Virus genome (UHGV): UHGV-1519562
Source of the DNA: a virus
Strand: one strand, 5' to 3'
DNA: 64,000 nt
Part shown: positions 1 through 8,900 of the stretch, piece after piece
Layout: the number at the start of each line of letters is the position of its first letter
How positions within the stretch are numbered: the stretch's first letter is position 1
Position numbers and translations under genes: made by a program
The notes under the pieces: model-generated
What the model was told of the DNA's origin: nothing
The model's input: only the letters and a program-made list of their open reading frames with translations
The model's database searches: none

Positions 1-14
1 TTACCTCGCGCCCG
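1..14 (+). repeat. 3' end of a DGR variable repeat (IMH-like GC box); target gene is upstream of the window and probably stops within 29-50
   Basis: ttacctcgcgcccg at 1-14 is identical to the 3' end of the template repeat at 800-813; GC-rich box in AT-rich DNA; identity stops immediately after. Confidence 0.6.
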
Positions 15-59
15 CTTTCGTTATTGGATAACTGTAAAGTTACACAGTAAAGTTATATT

Positions 60-85
60 GGCATTGGCCCTTTTGGGCCAATGCC
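60..85 (+). promoter_or_regulatory. perfect hairpin (11-bp stem, 4-nt loop) downstream of the VR; DGR homing-enhancer-like, may also terminate
   Basis: ggcattggccc tttt gggccaatgcc, about 45 nt after the VR/TR homology ends. Confidence 0.55.
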
Positions 86-147
86 ATAGTATAAAAATGC
101 TTTCACCTTTTTTGGGAAAAATTTTTCTAAAAAAAAATTTTTTTCTT

Positions 148-176
148 TTGACTTTTTAAAAATTTTCTGATATAAT
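148..176 (+). promoter_or_regulatory. sigma70-type promoter for the avd-like gene
   Basis: TTGACT (148-153), 17-nt spacer, TATAAT (171-176); AAGGAGG then TTG start at 211. Confidence 0.6.
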
Positions 177-210
177 ATTACTTGTACGTTATTTAAAGGA
201 GGTTTTTAAT

Positions 211-675
211 TTGTCAGTAAGAAAAAAAGATAGGCATCAATCTAAAAATGATTATTTAAATGATGCAAGAAAGTTAGTTCATCAAGTATTGATTTTAGTT
301 CGTCCATATCAAGAATTAGATGATGGTTCTCATATAAAACCAGGCATTCTTGGTAATCCATACTATTATTCAGCCTTTGGCGCAGATATTTTAAAATGTG
401 CTAAAAATGCACATGGATATGCTTTCTCTGCTAGTTTAATCAATCTAAAAAATAAAAAAACTTTAGTTGAAAGAGCGGATTACTTTAATAAATCAATAAG
501 ATATTGTGATTCAATTTTAAGGCAATTAGATTTATGTATTTATGAATATGGGTTAAATAATAAAAAGAAAAATAAATCTTTCAAATATGTTGCTAAACTT
601 ACTTACAAATTAAAACAAAATCTTCTTGATAGAATAAATAGAGATAATCTAATTTATTCTCAGCGATACAAATAA
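211..675 (+). CDS. avd: DGR accessory variability determinant (Avd)-like small basic protein
   Basis: 154 aa, Lys/Arg-rich; sits between VR end and TR, the canonical avd position; call is positional, TTG start. Confidence 0.45.
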   Translation: MSVRKKDRHQSKNDYLNDARKLVHQVLILVRPYQELDDGSHIKPGILGNPYYYSAFGADILKCAKNAHGYAFSASLINLKNKKTLVERADYFNKSIRYCDSILRQLDLCIYEYGLNNKKKNKSFKYVAKLTYKLKQNLLDRINRDNLIYSQRYK

Positions 676-699
676 TTTTTTATTCGGTTAAATTCTAAA

Positions 700-813
700 A
701 ATATCGCGGGTCTCGCTACTACAACTCGAACAACACGAACAATGTGTGCAATGTCAACTCTGATGGTAATGCGAACAATACCAACTACAACAACAACAAT
801 TACCTCGCGCCCG
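700..813 (+). repeat. DGR template repeat (TR); 5' boundary approximate
   Basis: Adenine-rich with repeated AAC/AAT triplets (caactacaacaacaacaat), ending in the GC box shared with the VR end at 1-14; directly upstream of the RT. Confidence 0.65.
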
Positions 814-1100
814 ATTAGATGAGAACTCTAACTGTCTCTGGTGATGGAGCCGCAGGCGACATCGGCTGAGACGACTAAGTGTTACCCCAGAAAATTATAA
901 CCTATGTTATAACTCATCTATTTTTGGTATTTTCTGGATGCATTGGTTTTAAAACCAAGAAGGAGAGGAAATATTAAACAAAAGACTTAGATTATAATAG
1001 ATAGCTTTCATTTAAGGAGAATTTAACCTTTTATCTATACAGATAATTAATTAAGATTGCGGATGTGCGTGTCAGAGCACACAATCTAGCACCGCATGAT
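814..1100 (+). ncRNA. DGR spacer RNA region between TR and RT (structured, GC-rich stems)
   Basis: Nested stems gtctc/gagac and agccg/cggct at about 845-883 and a stem near 1059-1097; no ORF; position matches the DGR RNA that primes cDNA synthesis. Confidence 0.35.
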
Positions 1101-1120
1101 AAAAAAAAGGAGAATTTTTT

Positions 1121-2353
1121 ATAGAAGAAAATCTTTTCCAGCGTTTTTGTAATTTTGACGCTTTTTATGATTCTTCTTATTCTATTTGCCGAAACGTAAG
1201 ATGGAAAGATAGTACAGTTAATTTTGAAGAAAATAGATTAAATAACATCTTAACGCTTAAAGAACAATTAGAAAATGACAGTTATGAACAATTAGTTTTT
1301 AACAGTTTTAGTATAATTGAGCGAGGCAAACCTAGAGATATAAGAGCGTGCCATATTTATGACAGATTGGCACAAAATACATTATGTTCGCAAGTTCTTA
1401 TTCCAGAACTAACTCCAAAATTTATTTATGATAATTGTGCTACATTAAAAGGAAAAGGAATTGATTTTGCTTTGTTAGAAGTGCGTAAACATTTACAAGC
1501 AGCGCACAGGACATACGGCTTAGGAAAACCTTTTTATGGTTTAAGAATTGATATTCAAAAATTTTTTGACTCAATAGACCATAATTCTTTAAAACAAATG
1601 GCAAAACATTATATTAAAGAAAAACGAGTATTTAAATTAATTGATTATATTATTGATACCTTTTGTTTTTCAGTCACAAAAGATACAGTTCCTATTCCTA
1701 ATAAACAATACTATATCATCAAAAAACAAAAATATAAGATAATTTATCCTAAACAATTTTATAAAAATTGTACTTATTATGAATTTAATCATAAAAGTTT
1801 AGGTTTAGGTAGCCAAGCATCTCAATTATTAGCTTTATTGGCATTAAATGGAATTGACCATTATGCAAAAGAGCATTTGCATTTAAAATATTATGGACGT
1901 TATATGGACGATATTTATATTTTGCATAATGATAAAGAGTATTTAAAAGAATGTCTTAATAAAATTGAAAATGAATTAAATAAAATACATTTAAAATGTA
2001 ACAAAAGAAAAACTAAAATAATTAAAATTAGCCCAATAAAACTAGATAAAAATAATTATCCTCATAAAAGACGTTCGGATAAACATAATCCATTTAAATA
2101 TTTAAAATGGGATTTTTATTTAACCAATACTAATAAAATTATTCAAACTCCATTTAAAAAGAAAATAAAACGACAATATAGAAAAATGAGAAAAATGCAC
2201 CAGCTTTGGCTACAAGGTAAAATAACTGATATAGAAATTCAAGAATCTTATCGAGGTTTTAGAGAACATATAAATAAAGGTACTACTTTTTATATTATAC
2301 AAAATCTTGATAATTATTTCCATTCATTATTTAAAGGAGTTGAAATATTATAA
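1121..2353 (+). CDS. DGR reverse transcriptase
   Basis: RT motifs: IERGKPRDI, QKFFDSIDH, LGLGSQASQ (DGR-type SQ motif), YGRYMDDIYI (YxDD). RT-like sequence begins about 1121 but there is no in-frame ATG/GTG/TTG before TTG 1367; start uncertain (AUA at 1121 is 8 nt after AAGGAG). Confidence 0.85.
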   Translation: MEENLFQRFCNFDAFYDSSYSICRNVRWKDSTVNFEENRLNNILTLKEQLENDSYEQLVFNSFSIIERGKPRDIRACHIYDRLAQNTLCSQVLIPELTPKFIYDNCATLKGKGIDFALLEVRKHLQAAHRTYGLGKPFYGLRIDIQKFFDSIDHNSLKQMAKHYIKEKRVFKLIDYIIDTFCFSVTKDTVPIPNKQYYIIKKQKYKIIYPKQFYKNCTYYEFNHKSLGLGSQASQLLALLALNGIDHYAKEHLHLKYYGRYMDDIYILHNDKEYLKECLNKIENELNKIHLKCNKRKTKIIKISPIKLDKNNYPHKRRSDKHNPFKYLKWDFYLTNTNKIIQTPFKKKIKRQYRKMRKMHQLWLQGKITDIEIQESYRGFREHINKGTTFYIIQNLDNYFHSLFKGVEIL

Positions 2354-3012
2354 TGTATTTATTAATCAATAGAGAAAATATAGTAGTCGATATCCTTGCG
2401 GAAATCCGCTACATCAAATTACAATCCAACCCAAGTATTGTAATTGCTTGCTCGGAAGGTGAAGCTACAGGGGTAATAGGCTCAGATTGCAATAGCCATT
2501 TTATTTTGGCTAATTCAGATATGACAGGTTCTATTGATGCAGTAAGAATTTTATCTTTTGATGATAATATTCCAGAAGATTATGAACCTAATTTTTATAA
2601 ATATGATAATGAAAAAAATGAATTAACATATTGCTATTCTTTAGAAGAATACCAAAAAATGAAACAAGAGGAAAACAAAAAAGCTTTCGCTAATTTTCTT
2701 GCTAATCATCCTTTAACTTGGATTGATGGAAAGCAATATGGTGTTACAGAAGAAGATCAGGCAGAAATTAGCCTAAATATGAATCAGTATTCTATGGCAG
2801 TTCAGGCTGGAGCAGAGAATCCTAGATTAGAATGGCATGCTCGCCAGGAAGAATGTACATCTTGGACAGTTGAAAATTTGACTGCTTTAACTTTAGCTAT
2901 TTCTGATTTTGTTTATCCTTATTATAGAAAAATGCAACAATATAAAACACAAATTTATACTGCTAAAGATTATAAAAAAATTAAAGCCATAGAATTAAAA
3001 TATGAAAATTAA
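2353..3012 (+). CDS. hypothetical protein, translationally coupled to the RT (ATAATG overlap)
   Basis: 219 aa ORF with start overlapping the RT stop; no recognised motif. Confidence 0.4.
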   Translation: MYLLINRENIVVDILAEIRYIKLQSNPSIVIACSEGEATGVIGSDCNSHFILANSDMTGSIDAVRILSFDDNIPEDYEPNFYKYDNEKNELTYCYSLEEYQKMKQEENKKAFANFLANHPLTWIDGKQYGVTEEDQAEISLNMNQYSMAVQAGAENPRLEWHARQEECTSWTVENLTALTLAISDFVYPYYRKMQQYKTQIYTAKDYKKIKAIELKYEN

Positions 3013-3439
3013 TTCTTTTTTTAAAAATTCTATATTATTTTTGATTGGCGGAAGTATTTACTGGTTAATTGAATTTGTTTACAAAACATATATACATTCA
3101 GGAAATACTCATTGGTCAATGTTTATCTTGGGCGGTTTATCTTTTTTAATTTTAGGTAGTTTAAATGAAAATATTCCTTGGAATTGGTCTTTATTGACTC
3201 AAGGATTAATTGGAACCGCAATTATAACAAGTTTAGAATTTTTATTTGGATATATTTTAAACATTCAATTACAACTTAATATTTGGGATTATTCACATTT
3301 ACCTTTTAATTATAAAGGACAAATATGTTTACCCTTTAGTTGTCTTTGGTTTATTCTAGGTCTAATAGGAATTATTTTAGATGATTTTCTTAGATGGAAA
3401 ATCTTTGATGAAGAAAAACCTTATTATCATATTATATAA
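3002..3439 (+). CDS. small integral membrane protein
   Basis: 145 aa with 3-4 hydrophobic helices; followed by a bidirectional terminator. Confidence 0.45.
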   Translation: MKINSFFKNSILFLIGGSIYWLIEFVYKTYIHSGNTHWSMFILGGLSFLILGSLNENIPWNWSLLTQGLIGTAIITSLEFLFGYILNIQLQLNIWDYSHLPFNYKGQICLPFSCLWFILGLIGIILDDFLRWKIFDEEKPYYHII

Positions 3440-3450
3440 AATAAAAAAAT

Positions 3451-3487
3451 GGGTAAGAGCATTTAGCTCTTACCCATTTTATTTTTT
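3451..3487. terminator. bidirectional intrinsic terminator between convergent genes
   Basis: gggtaagagc attt agctcttaccc hairpin flanked by A-run and T-run. Confidence 0.6.
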
Positions 3488-3489
3488 TA

Positions 3490-4092
3490 TTAACAATTAT
3501 CCACGATAATAATACCTATACTATCAGTAGGTTTTTCTTTTATCTCAAAAGTAACTCCAAAGCCAGGAGTAGCAGTAGCCTTTTCAATTTTAGAATATTC
3601 TTCTAAATTGCTGGTATAAGTAATAATTGGCGGAACCGTACCGTCAGCACCGCACTTCAAAGTTTCAATTAAATAAGACATTTTATAAACTTCTCCATCT
3701 AATGTCCAAGCTCCTACAGATAATGTAGCAGGATAGGCTTTAGAAGTGACCTTATCAGTAGCAGTTTTAATATTATCACTTACTTCTGTTTTACTATAAA
3801 CATCTAAATTGGTTCTTGCTTCAGCCGCAGTTTTACCACCAGTGCCACCATGCTCTATATCAATAATATCAGAATTTAAAACCAATTCTTCTGGATCAAT
3901 TTCTATTTCAACTGTTCCAGCCGCATTAAATTTCCGAAGTTTTTCTGCATATCCCGCATTTAATTTATGTCTGGCATTATTAAAATCGACATACATACAA
4001 TCATTCTCTTCTAGGATATAAGCATAAGACTCCTTTACTGCGACTTGATTCATCTCAGCTTCTGTTCCATAAAAAACTTTAAATAAAGCCAT
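3490..4092 (-). CDS. distal tail or fibre-associated protein
   Basis: 200 aa, last gene of the late operon, own RBS after an upstream hairpin. Confidence 0.35.
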   Translation of the reverse strand: MALFKVFYGTEAEMNQVAVKESYAYILEENDCMYVDFNNARHKLNAGYAEKLRKFNAAGTVEIEIDPEELVLNSDIIDIEHGGTGGKTAAEARTNLDVYSKTEVSDNIKTATDKVTSKAYPATLSVGAWTLDGEVYKMSYLIETLKCGADGTVPPIITYTSNLEEYSKIEKATATPGFGVTFEIKEKPTDSIGIIIVDNC

Positions 4093-4119
4093 AATTTTCC
4101 TCCTTATATAAAAACATAA

Positions 4120-4146
4120 GGGGAAGAATAAAATCTTCCCCTTAGA
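4120..4146 (-). terminator. hairpin plus U-tract between tail-fibre gene and last late gene
   Basis: aaggggaagattttattcttcccctt on the minus strand then tgttttta and RBS. Confidence 0.45.
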
Positions 4147-4163
4147 AAAGAATATCTTATTCT

Positions 4164-6353
4164 TTAGTTTAATAAATCTGAAATTCTACCCCATGTATTA
4201 ATACTATTAATTTGGGTAATAATTTCTTCTATTTTTGTATCCAAAGTTTTAGCATTATATGTTTCTTTATCTTTATCTACTGGACTGGAATTAATTCTAT
4301 TGCCGACAGTAGTAATTAAATTATCTATTACTTTAGCAGTGTAAGTACCTTTTGTTTTATCAGCAGGTTCATCACTGATTAAAGCTGCAACTTCATTTAT
4401 TTTTGTTTGTAATGCTTCATTTTTCTCATTAATAGCTTTTGCGGTATAGGTTTTTCGCTCTAAATCCGCAGCCAAAATTTCATTAACAATTAAGTTATTA
4501 ATATAATTAGCCGTATATGTTTTATTAGTGCTATTATCTATATCATACTTATCTTGTAATAAGCCGGCTACACCACCAGTTAATTGCGCTCTTCCCCAAG
4601 CATTATTTGTATAATAATACCAATATGCGGTATCACCATTTTCAACAGAAGAATAAGTCACTTGTAAAATTTCATCTGAACTTATACCATTAGGATAATA
4701 AGCTTTTAATTTATTTCCAATATTTTCAAGTGTATCAACACCATCTGCTTCAGTAAAAGTATATGAATTTTTAATATTAAGAGCTTTACCAACTGGGCCT
4801 TCTATGTTTTTATTAGTTTTAGTCCAAGCTGTACCATTAAATAAATATATATTACCTCTAAAATCATCTGTCATATCATCAATAGAATAAAGGTAATAGT
4901 CTCCATTTTGAGCGCCTTCAATAATAGTATTTAACTTATTATCATTCACTTCATCGCCTACAAACCAACGTGCGCCGCTAGGTAGTATAAATTTAAAATT
5001 AATAGTATCAGTACCGACAATACTTTTTTCTACTGTTCCTTCATCTGCGGAACCAACATCTTCATAAGTAGAAGTAATGTTTGGAATTGTTGGAAAAATA
5101 AACTTATGAATAGGGCCAGTTTTTTCAATAGGGTCTTTATAACTAGACTCAACAGTAACGTCTACTCTTTCTCCTGATTCAGTAAATGGATCTTTTATAT
5201 CAGTTTGTACTTCAGGAGTTTTACCAGCCAAACAAGCACAATAAACAAAAGTAGTAGAAGTTTCAGTAATCTGACTAATATAATAAATAAAACCAGTATC
5301 TTTATTTATATAATAATCTCCTACTTTCGCATTAGGAACAATAGTACCTAAAGAATAAGTTATATCTTTTGATTGTCCTAATAAATCTCCATAAAAAAAT
5401 TCTGTTGATTCTGGCAAATTAAAAGTAAACTGCGGATTATCGGGATCAGCAGAGATTTCAACTGTTGGTAATTCCGCAGGAGCTAAATGATTAGTAATAA
5501 CATCAGTGCGAAATTTCTGTGAGCGTGGAATTTTTAAATGAATTGTTACTATATGGTCATTATCATAAGTCAAAGAACATTCAGGTGTTTGACCTGGTTC
5601 TAAAGTACTAAAATCAATAGGAGCAAAATCATAACCTTTAGGCAACCACATATTCAATTTTTTTGTTTGTTTATCTTCATCCAAAGTAATCGTTGCTCTT
5701 GGCTCAGAATCCGCAGAAATATATTCAATATTTCCAATTTCAAATTCCCACATTTCTGGCAAAGTAAAAGTAATAATAGGATGATTAATATCATCCTCAT
5801 TATAATTCAATGTAGGAACAACAGTTTCGCCAGGTTTCTTAGTAATTAAATCTGCCATAACCATTACTTGGCTTTGCGGTAAACTAAATAAAACTGAAGG
5901 AAAGTCTGTGTCATTATTATCTACATCTACTGTTGGCTCTTGATCTGCATTAAGAACAGTAGATGGCAAAATAATTTTAATTCTAGGAGTTTCACCAGTT
6001 AAAGAAGTAATTAATTTATAACCAAGACCATAATTTTTGTCTGACAAATATAAAATTTCTATTCCTCTAATTGGTTCTTCTCCCGCATGTTCTTCTTCAG
6101 TAAAAATTTTTTGCCAAAGAGTAGAGTTATAAGCTCTTTTATATTTTGCGGTATCTACATCTTTATTAGCATCATAAATTGCTCGTTGTTCAGGAGTTCC
6201 ACCAGGTAGGCCATAAGAAATCATTACAATTTCTCCAACTCCAATAGGAGATTGCCATCTTTTGTCTAAATCGGCTACCATAGCAACTTTATTTTTAAAT
6301 ATTTGTTTTATCTCAAAGTTTTTTCCTTGCTGTCCACCATAAAAACTAAACAA
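4164..6353 (-). CDS. tail fibre / receptor-binding protein with C-terminal triple repeat
   Basis: 729 aa; three 25-30 aa repeats (KTYTAKAINE.., KGTYTAKVIDN.., KETYNAKTLDTK..) at the C-terminus; position in tail module. Confidence 0.5.
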   Translation of the reverse strand: MFSFYGGQQGKNFEIKQIFKNKVAMVADLDKRWQSPIGVGEIVMISYGLPGGTPEQRAIYDANKDVDTAKYKRAYNSTLWQKIFTEEEHAGEEPIRGIEILYLSDKNYGLGYKLITSLTGETPRIKIILPSTVLNADQEPTVDVDNNDTDFPSVLFSLPQSQVMVMADLITKKPGETVVPTLNYNEDDINHPIITFTLPEMWEFEIGNIEYISADSEPRATITLDEDKQTKKLNMWLPKGYDFAPIDFSTLEPGQTPECSLTYDNDHIVTIHLKIPRSQKFRTDVITNHLAPAELPTVEISADPDNPQFTFNLPESTEFFYGDLLGQSKDITYSLGTIVPNAKVGDYYINKDTGFIYYISQITETSTTFVYCACLAGKTPEVQTDIKDPFTESGERVDVTVESSYKDPIEKTGPIHKFIFPTIPNITSTYEDVGSADEGTVEKSIVGTDTINFKFILPSGARWFVGDEVNDNKLNTIIEGAQNGDYYLYSIDDMTDDFRGNIYLFNGTAWTKTNKNIEGPVGKALNIKNSYTFTEADGVDTLENIGNKLKAYYPNGISSDEILQVTYSSVENGDTAYWYYYTNNAWGRAQLTGGVAGLLQDKYDIDNSTNKTYTANYINNLIVNEILAADLERKTYTAKAINEKNEALQTKINEVAALISDEPADKTKGTYTAKVIDNLITTVGNRINSSPVDKDKETYNAKTLDTKIEEIITQINSINTWGRISDLLN

Positions 6354-6366
6354 TTATAGCACCTCC

Positions 6367-6975
6367 TTAATAAATAAAATCTATAATTACATTATATAAA
6401 TCTTTATATGGATTTTCTGCGTCAAGTTTATATACACCATTAATACCAGTATTATATTGCGCTAACGCCACACGATAAGCTTCATCATACACAGCTTGAA
6501 TCTGATTATATTCAGCCCAGTAAGCATTATTATGTTCAGGATATTTTTTTTCAAGCTCTGCCATAGAAACTTTTCTAGCTGTTTCAGCAGCTTCTAACTT
6601 TTTCTTACCGTCTGAAAGATTTTTTTCTGTTGTTTCAGTATCTAATATGTAATTTTTAGGGCGAAGAAAATATAATCCAGTAATAGCAATATCTTCATCC
6701 AACTCATAAACTCCCGTGCGGCCTATCATAATATTTTTATTAGTATTCATTACTAATTTAGTACCAGGAGGAGCCTGTATTCCTACTTTAGAAAATTGTT
6801 TACTTGCATAAATTTCTACCAGATTACGAGTAAAAATATCTATTTTATTAGTTTCATAATCTGGATCAGTAGCAGAAGTAATAGTTTGAGTAGTATTGCC
6901 ATTAGCTGTAGAAATATATCCGCCACTAGAATTATAATCTTCTAAATTATAAATTATCTGACCAACATTCGCCAT
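6367..6975 (-). CDS. tail / baseplate protein
   Basis: 202 aa, tightly packed in tail module. Confidence 0.4.
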   Translation of the reverse strand: MANVGQIIYNLEDYNSSGGYISTANGNTTQTITSATDPDYETNKIDIFTRNLVEIYASKQFSKVGIQAPPGTKLVMNTNKNIMIGRTGVYELDEDIAITGLYFLRPKNYILDTETTEKNLSDGKKKLEAAETARKVSMAELEKKYPEHNNAYWAEYNQIQAVYDEAYRVALAQYNTGINGVYKLDAENPYKDLYNVIIDFIY

Positions 6976-6990
6976 TTAATTTATTCCTCC

Positions 6991-8886
6991 TTATACTCTA
7001 GTTAGCACTTCTGTAGCTGTAATTGACATTGTGCCTGAATAAGTTAAAGGTAAAGTAATTTGAGAAATTGCATAATTTCCTATAATATTACTTTCCATAT
7101 CTTCTATATAAATAATATTATTTGGTTCTAAATAATACTTAGGTATTCCTTGTATAGTAACTTGAGTATTATAACTTAAATTTTGATATAATAATTCTCG
7201 AATTTGATCAAAAGCACTAGAACCAGTAGAACTACTAGCAAAAATAGATTTATAATTATCGGTAATTCTAAAATATTTTTGACCAATAGAATCATAATAT
7301 TTTCTTTTTTCTACATTTTCCCATTGCTCTTGGGTCATAAAAATAACATCAGGAACTTCTGTATTATATATACAAGTTACTTCAGAACTATTAATAACTT
7401 TTGTGCGACGTCCAATCATATTGACTGAGTATTTGCCGATTGCAGCACCAGTGTCTATAAAATCTAGCCAATAATTTAAATTTCTAGGGTCAGAATAAAC
7501 TTTTGGATTCCAATTATCTGTTGCTTTCCAATCTGCATTCTCAGGGTCATATAAATTGCGCCATTCAGCTAATAATTCCATATCATAATTACTATTTGTT
7601 AAATTATTTAAGGAAGCAATTAAAGCTTGTCTATATAATTCTTCTCGCCATTCTTTACAAGGACTAGCTACTAATTTACCATTAACAGGAGGATTATTTG
7701 TATAAGTAAATTCATATCTTAATAAAACTTCATTCTCATAAATACCCCACATATATTGTAAACAATAATTAAGAATTGGCTTAGCATCAATAGCTAAATG
7801 ATAATGAATATCTATTTCTGCACCATCTGTTGTTTTTCTTTTTCCCCATACAATAAAATCATTTTTAATTTCATCATATTTTGGAGCAATAGCAAGAGAA
7901 GTAATATTATCTAAATCAGTTAAACTATAAGCATATTTTGTGTTTGAATAATTCTGCACATAATCTTCAATATTTAAATCTAACAGCGGACTTCCAGTAT
8001 TTAAATAATTTTTCTTTTCTTGAAAAATAAAACGTCCATCTATATCATAAAAAAATTCAAAATTACCTAAAGTATCGCAAATCTTATTTAATAAAGTAAC
8101 TACACTATCGCCAGCTTTTAAAATCAATTCTCCAGGATAAGTGAAATCTGTTTCTTTATATCCAATATCTTGTCCATTTATAAACATATAAGGATAAGTA
8201 TCTCCAGGAGTATAACTTAAACTAGAATAATTATTACTTAAATATATAGGTTGTTCTCCAATATATTTTACTAAAAGTTTTGCGGTTTCCTCTAAATCTG
8301 TAATAAAAATATTGTTTATTGGCTCTTCTCCCCAATGATTAACTGCTTCTTGAATAATTTGGTAAATAGTAGGGTAATTAACTACTGCTTCTGTTTTATC
8401 CTTATTATACACATATGATTCATGGAAAGTAACAGAAGCAGGTAGCATTCCACCTACACTACCATCTAACATTACCATTTTGTCTTTACCAGAAATACTG
8501 ATAGTCCAACCACCAGTTGCTCTAGTAATACTAGCAGTAGAAACCAAAAAAACTCCACAAGGAAACCAAATAATTTCTCCATATTTTTGATATTCTCTTA
8601 AAGGATTATTATATCCAATTAAAATTTTAATTTTTTTATTTAAAGAAATATCATTATCTAAATTTGTTAAATCATTATTATTTAAATTAGCTAACATAGT
8701 TAAGCTAATAGTTCTTCTAATTGCGGAAGAACCATTAATTGACAATGAACCGGCAGTAATATTACCTTGAATTTCTTTAATAGGTTTTTCATCAAAAGAA
8801 AGAAGAATAAGTTTTGCATATTGAACGCGAACTCGCAATTTATCTAACTTGTTTAAAAAATCATAGTCTTTAAGATATTCAAACAT
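6991..8886 (-). CDS. baseplate / tail protein
   Basis: 631 aa, tail module. Confidence 0.45.
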   Translation of the reverse strand: MFEYLKDYDFLNKLDKLRVRVQYAKLILLSFDEKPIKEIQGNITAGSLSINGSSAIRRTISLTMLANLNNNDLTNLDNDISLNKKIKILIGYNNPLREYQKYGEIIWFPCGVFLVSTASITRATGGWTISISGKDKMVMLDGSVGGMLPASVTFHESYVYNKDKTEAVVNYPTIYQIIQEAVNHWGEEPINNIFITDLEETAKLLVKYIGEQPIYLSNNYSSLSYTPGDTYPYMFINGQDIGYKETDFTYPGELILKAGDSVVTLLNKICDTLGNFEFFYDIDGRFIFQEKKNYLNTGSPLLDLNIEDYVQNYSNTKYAYSLTDLDNITSLAIAPKYDEIKNDFIVWGKRKTTDGAEIDIHYHLAIDAKPILNYCLQYMWGIYENEVLLRYEFTYTNNPPVNGKLVASPCKEWREELYRQALIASLNNLTNSNYDMELLAEWRNLYDPENADWKATDNWNPKVYSDPRNLNYWLDFIDTGAAIGKYSVNMIGRRTKVINSSEVTCIYNTEVPDVIFMTQEQWENVEKRKYYDSIGQKYFRITDNYKSIFASSSTGSSAFDQIRELLYQNLSYNTQVTIQGIPKYYLEPNNIIYIEDMESNIIGNYAISQITLPLTYSGTMSITATEVLTRV

Positions 8887-8900
8887 ATTCTTCCTCCTCC

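Noticed and set aside
2353-3012. 219-aa protein after the RT considered as a tail-fibre assembly chaperone or DGR accessory factor
   Set aside because: Only a weak impression of similarity (W.DG...EDQ...EW pattern); not confirmable without a profile search, so left as hypothetical.
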